Assembly: GCA_964634915.1 (NCBI GenBank)
Contig: CAZWLT010000001.1
Coordinates: 27,070 to 60,030 of the forward strand
Length of the DNA: 32,961 nucleotides
Direction of reading: 5' to 3'
Origin: an uncultured Clostridium sp.
GTDB lineage: Bacteria; Bacillota; Clostridia; UBA1381
Part shown: positions 28,686-32,961 of the stretch, one piece after another
Layout: every line of letters starts with the position of its first letter
Position numbering within the stretch: position 1 is the stretch's first letter
Position numbers and translations under genes: made by a program
The notes under the pieces: generated by a model
The model's database searches: none
Seen by the model: the letters and a program-made list of their open reading frames with translations, nothing else
What the model was told of the DNA's origin: nothing

Positions 28686-29416
28686 TGGTAATACACCTCC
28701 TTCAGACAAAGTCCCTGCGGCGGTGCGGTTATTCCCGCACGGTTTCTGTCCTTTGAGGCTATAATATCAGCTATATCCGCAGGATTTATCTTACCGCAGC
28801 CGACAAATACGAGCGTTCCGGTAATTATCCTTACCATATTATACAGAAATCCATTTCCCGCCACGTCTATAGTTATTATATCGTTTTCACGCGATACGTC
28901 AAGGGAATATATTTCCCTTACGGTGGTCTTTACCGTAAATCCGCTTGACGCAAAACCGATAAAATCATGCTCGCCGACAAATGCCTTTGCCGCATCACGC
29001 ATTTTGTCCGCGTCAAGAGGGTATTTGTAATGCCACGAATAGCGGCACAGCACAGCATCGGGAAATTCCCTGTTCAGAATTTTATAGACATATCTTTTTC
29101 CGACGGCGCTCCTGTTCGCGTGAAAATCGTCCGGTGCTTCCCGCGCGTCAAGACAGACTATATCGCAAGGCAGATGCGCGTTCAGCGCATACGGATAGCG
29201 TTCAACGGGAATGGATGAGTCTGTATTAAAATTACACACATACCCCTCCGCATGAACGCCTGTATCGGTACGTCCGCAGCCGATTACAGAAACAGTTTCT
29301 CCTGTTATTTTTTCCAATGCGCGCATAAGCGTTTCCTGTACGGTTTTTTCATTTTTCTGTATCTGCCAGCCGTGATATTTTGTGCCGTCATATTGAATTT
29401 TAAGCTTAATATTCAT
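28682..29416 (-). CDS. truA: tRNA pseudouridine(38-40) synthase
   Basis: YDGTKYHGWQIQ, GRTDTGVHA, GFLYNMVRII, TAPPQGLCL. Confidence 0.97.
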   Translation of the reverse strand: MNIKLKIQYDGTKYHGWQIQKNEKTVQETLMRALEKITGETVSVIGCGRTDTGVHAEGYVCNFNTDSSIPVERYPYALNAHLPCDIVCLDAREAPDDFHANRSAVGKRYVYKILNREFPDAVLCRYSWHYKYPLDADKMRDAAKAFVGEHDFIGFASSGFTVKTTVREIYSLDVSRENDIITIDVAGNGFLYNMVRIITGTLVFVGCGKINPADIADIIASKDRNRAGITAPPQGLCLKEVYYQ

Positions 29417-29432
29417 TATATCATTTCCATTA

Positions 29433-30263
29433 CTAAATTTCAATCCAAATTTGCAGCCAATATTCTGCAAACAGTATAATTGCCGCGCATACGGCAAATA
29501 TTGCCATAGCGTTTATATCTGTCGATATAATACGGCTTTCTTTCATCTTTGTACGGTTGCTGCCGCCATTATAGCATCGCGCCTCCATAGCTGTCGCAAG
29601 CTCATCCGCGCGGCGGAGGGCGCTTATAAACAGCGGTACTATCAATGGCACCATCATTCTTGCGCGTTTTATTATATTCCCTGTTTCAAAATCGGCGCCC
29701 CGCGCAGTCTGCGCTTTAATAATCTTGTCGGTTTCCTCGGAAAGTGTGGGGATAAAACGTATCGCAATACTCATCATCATCGCAATTTCATGTGACGGTA
29801 CTTTTATTATCCGCAGCGGTTTAAGCAGTTTTTCAATACCGTCCGTCAGCTGCAAAGGCGATGTTGTAAGCGTCAGCAGTGATGTGCCTGTAAGCAGATA
29901 CGTCAGTCTTACAACCATAGCCGCGCCGGATACAAGCCCTTCTTTGGTTATATTAACCGTAAACCCAAGTACCGGCAAAGACCATACCGCCTCGCCCGGT
30001 GTCATAAACAAATTCAGTATCGCGGTAAAAATAAATATCCACAGCATTGGTCTTATTCCCTTTATTATCATTCTTAACGGTACACGGCTTATAAGCACAA
30101 GCAATATTGTGTAAACAGTGAACACAGCATATGAGGCAGGACTTTTTATCATAAACAATACAGCTATATAAAGTATTGTGAATATAATCTTTACTGACGG
30201 ATTGAGCCTGTGCAGTATTGATTTACCCGGTATGTACTGTCCGATTATAATATCTCTAAACAT
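29433..30263 (-). CDS. ecfT: ECF transporter transmembrane component T
   Basis: [45 protein letters not shown]. Confidence 0.95.
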   Translation of the reverse strand: MFRDIIIGQYIPGKSILHRLNPSVKIIFTILYIAVLFMIKSPASYAVFTVYTILLVLISRVPLRMIIKGIRPMLWIFIFTAILNLFMTPGEAVWSLPVLGFTVNITKEGLVSGAAMVVRLTYLLTGTSLLTLTTSPLQLTDGIEKLLKPLRIIKVPSHEIAMMMSIAIRFIPTLSEETDKIIKAQTARGADFETGNIIKRARMMVPLIVPLFISALRRADELATAMEARCYNGGSNRTKMKESRIISTDINAMAIFAVCAAIILFAEYWLQIWIEI

Positions 30264-31116
30264 TGCCGTCACCTCCCGCGAGGTCCGCGATAGCTTTTGC
30301 CGCGCGCTTAACCGTGTATATATTCTCCGGCAGGTCATATCCGGCATCTCGCAGTTGATTCGCAAGCAGTGTTATCTGCGGTACATTAAGTCCGATATTT
30401 TGCAAATGCTCCGCTTTTGCAAAAACTTCGGCAACACTGCCCTCCATTTCAACGCGTCCCTCATTCATCACGATTACGTGTTCGGCAGTTTTTGCCACAT
30501 CCTCCATTGAGTGTGACACAAAAATTATTGTCATGTCACTGTTTTCTTTGTGTAGATTTTTTATTATATTTAAAATATTATCTCTGCCCTTTGGGTCAAG
30601 TCCGGCTGTCGGCTCATCAAGTATAAGCGCCTTCGGATTCATTGCAAGCACTCCGGCTATCGCCGCGCGTCTTTTCTGTCCGCCGGACAATTCGAACGGC
30701 GAACGGTCAAGATATTTATCTTTGATACCCACAAGCGATGCGCTTTTGCGTACTCTTTTATCAACCTCTTCTTTTGTAAGTCCCATATTCACAGGGCCGA
30801 ATGCTATATCCTTATATACCGTTTCTTCAAAAAGCTGATGCTCCGGATACTGGAATACAAGTCCCACCATACGGCGGATAAGCCTTAAATCCGCCTTTGC
30901 CGCTGTTACCTCAATTCCGTTAATGATAATTCTGCCGGAGCTTGGCTTTACAAGCGCATTGAGATGCTGTATCAATGTGGATTTACCGCTGCCGGTATGA
31001 CCTATAAGCGCGACAAACGCTCCGTCCGGAATTTCAAGATTAATATCATACAGCGCCTGATGTTCAAACGGAGTGCCCGGCTGATAAATATAATTCAGAT
31101 TTTCTATCTTTATCAT
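30256..31116 (-). CDS. ecfA2: ECF transporter ATPase A2
   Basis: [53 protein letters not shown]. Confidence 0.95.
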   Translation of the reverse strand: MIKIENLNYIYQPGTPFEHQALYDINLEIPDGAFVALIGHTGSGKSTLIQHLNALVKPSSGRIIINGIEVTAAKADLRLIRRMVGLVFQYPEHQLFEETVYKDIAFGPVNMGLTKEEVDKRVRKSASLVGIKDKYLDRSPFELSGGQKRRAAIAGVLAMNPKALILDEPTAGLDPKGRDNILNIIKNLHKENSDMTIIFVSHSMEDVAKTAEHVIVMNEGRVEMEGSVAEVFAKAEHLQNIGLNVPQITLLANQLRDAGYDLPENIYTVKRAAKAIADLAGGDGNV

Positions 31117-31967
31117 TTGCCGACACCTCCCAGAACCTTTGTAAGCTCTGTAAAGCATTCGTCAATCGTCAACACATCATTTTTTATGCCTATGCCCAGC
31201 TTGTTAAGCTCATATGCCAGCTCTGTTACCTGCGGCGCATCAAGTCCGAGCGATTTTATCATCTCAACATTGGAAAATACTTTTTTCGGTATATCATCAA
31301 GAACAATTTCGCCGTCATCCATTACAATAACTCTGTCTGCCTGTGCGGCTTCATCCATGTAATGCGTTATCAGCACAACGGTTATGCCCTTTTCACGATT
31401 AAGCATTTTTATCGTTTTCATAACCTCGCTTCTGCCCTTAGGGTCAAGCATCGCGGTCGGTTCGTCAAGTATTAGAATTTGCGAATTCATTGCGAGCGCT
31501 CCGGCTATTGCGACTCTCTGCTTTTGTCCTCCGGACAGCTTTGACGGTGAACTGTGCGCATACTTTGTCATGTTGACTGTTTCAAGACATTCGTCAACAC
31601 GTCTGCGTATCTCCTTCGGCTCGACACCGAGATTTTCCGGCGCGAATGCCACCTCATTCTCAACAATCGCCGCAACCATCTGATTATCCGGATTTTGAAA
31701 TACCATTCCGGCAGTCTGACGTATCTGAAAAGTATTTTCCTTTTCGGATGTGTCCATTCCATTTACGTATACTTTGCCGCCTGTCGGCAAAAGTATCGCG
31801 TTGAAATGCTTTGCAAGCGTGGATTTACCGCTGCCATTATGACCAAGAATGGCAGTAAAAGAACCTTTTTCAATTTTTAAATCTATATCTTTTAAAACTT
31901 TTTCCTCTGTAACCGTTTCGTTTCCTTCATCACGGTATTCAAAGGAAAGATTTTGTGTTTCTATCAT
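31113..31967 (-). CDS. ecfA1: ECF transporter ATPase A1
   Basis: [40 protein letters not shown]. Confidence 0.95.
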   Translation of the reverse strand: MIETQNLSFEYRDEGNETVTEEKVLKDIDLKIEKGSFTAILGHNGSGKSTLAKHFNAILLPTGGKVYVNGMDTSEKENTFQIRQTAGMVFQNPDNQMVAAIVENEVAFAPENLGVEPKEIRRRVDECLETVNMTKYAHSSPSKLSGGQKQRVAIAGALAMNSQILILDEPTAMLDPKGRSEVMKTIKMLNREKGITVVLITHYMDEAAQADRVIVMDDGEIVLDDIPKKVFSNVEMIKSLGLDAPQVTELAYELNKLGIGIKNDVLTIDECFTELTKVLGGVGK

Positions 31968-31997
31968 TTGGTTACCTTTTTATTATGATTTGATAAA

Positions 31998-32864
31998 TTA
32001 TTCTCTTTTCCAACGTCCGCTTATCCCGCACGGCAATACCAATCCGTTCGACTTCATCGGCAGCCCGATTTCGTCAGCTGTAATTTTACCGCCGTACTTT
32101 CTGCCTACTGTCATGGTCAGTACATTTATAAGCACCTGCGCGCTTAGTCCTGTTGTATACGAATTTATCAAAAAGAACAGCGGATTATCCGATAATATTT
32201 TCATACATTCTTCAATCAGCGGATAAAGTTCATTTTCTATCTTCCATACTTCACCGGACGGACCTCTGCCATATGACGGAGGATCCATAATTATAGCATC
32301 ATATTGTCTGCCGCGTCTGTTTTCACGCTGTACAAACTTAACCGCGTCATCAACTATATAACGCACGGGCTTATCTTTAAGTCCTGACGAAATGACGTTT
32401 TCCTTTGCCCATGTCACCATACCCTTTGACGCGTCAACATGAACCACCTCTCCGCCGGCTTCAAGCGCGGCAACTGTCGCGCCGCCGGTATACGCAAATA
32501 GGTTAAGCACACGTACCGGTTTTTCACTTCCTCCGATAAGCTCGGAAAACCAATCCCAATTAACCGCCTGTTCAGGGAACAAGCCTGTGTGCTTAAATCC
32601 CATCGGCTTTATATTAAAGGTAAGATTTCTGTAATTAATCGTCCAGCGTTCCGGCAGTTTTTTATTCAGATACTGCCATTTACCGCCGCCGGATTTTGAA
32701 CGGTGATACCATGCGTCCGCCTTATTCCATTTTTTATCTGATTTCAGACTCCACACTGCCTGCGGGTCAGGACGACGAAGCAGATAATCTCCCCAGTATT
32801 CGAGTTTTTCTCCGTCCGCACTGTCCAGAAGCGTGTAATCTTCCCATTTATCCGCACTCCACAT
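31998..32864 (-). CDS. Class I SAM-dependent methyltransferase (short RlmI/RlmK-like)
   Basis: FKHTGLFPEQAVNW, VLNLFAYTGGAT, HVDAS, IIMDPPSYGRG. Confidence 0.88.
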   Translation of the reverse strand: MWSADKWEDYTLLDSADGEKLEYWGDYLLRRPDPQAVWSLKSDKKWNKADAWYHRSKSGGGKWQYLNKKLPERWTINYRNLTFNIKPMGFKHTGLFPEQAVNWDWFSELIGGSEKPVRVLNLFAYTGGATVAALEAGGEVVHVDASKGMVTWAKENVISSGLKDKPVRYIVDDAVKFVQRENRRGRQYDAIIMDPPSYGRGPSGEVWKIENELYPLIEECMKILSDNPLFFLINSYTTGLSAQVLINVLTMTVGRKYGGKITADEIGLPMKSNGLVLPCGISGRWKRE

Positions 32865-32907
32865 AATTTTCTCCTGTTTTATACTAAATCAGTTAATAAC
32901 AACCCGA

Positions 32908-32959
32908 TTCAATAAGGGGCTTTGCCCCGTCATTCAACGTTTCAGCGGGAGATTGTAAC
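32908..32959 (-). repeat. Dispersed structured repeat, copy 2, at the window edge
   Basis: Reverse complement GTTACAATCTCCCGCTGAAACGTTGAATGACGGGGCAAAGCCCCTTATTGAA matches 12214-12266 with 3 substitutions and 1 indel. Confidence 0.85.
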
Positions 32960-32961
32960 TC

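Overview
A 33 kb, mostly minus-strand chromosomal segment from a Firmicute, probably a spore-forming Clostridia member (TTGACA/TATAAT promoters, GGAGG ribosome-binding sites, an ECF module, a sigmaK-like promoter). Left to right: AsnO-like asparagine synthetase, ThrE exporter pair, MBOAT plus DHHW O-acyltransferase pair, Fe-S aldo/keto reductase, GH51 arabinofuranosidase (+), larC and larB, a Nim/pyridoxamine-phosphate-oxidase-like gene (+), an isolated EutP/PduV GTPase plus EutS/PduU shell-protein pair, DUF1294, a CapD/PglF-type dehydratase lacking its membrane domain, an unknown single-pass membrane protein, a 714-aa GAP1-N2-like protein, a heterodimeric ABC exporter, pyrG, an aminotransferase, an Lrp regulator, ilvD, CvpA, DUF5711, truA, ecfT/A2/A1 and a SAM methyltransferase. 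I found no rRNA, tRNA, CRISPR array or intact transposase. The best candidates for something new are: (1) the 12.3-17.7 kb block with an orphan GAP1-like protein, an unknown membrane protein and a stand-alone shell-protein/GTPase module; (2) a uORF-plus-alternative-hairpin attenuator before the nim-like gene; (3) hairpins that contain a promoter and mask the downstream RBS; (4) a ~53-nt structured repeat present twice. All family assignments come from motif recognition by eye, not from database searches.
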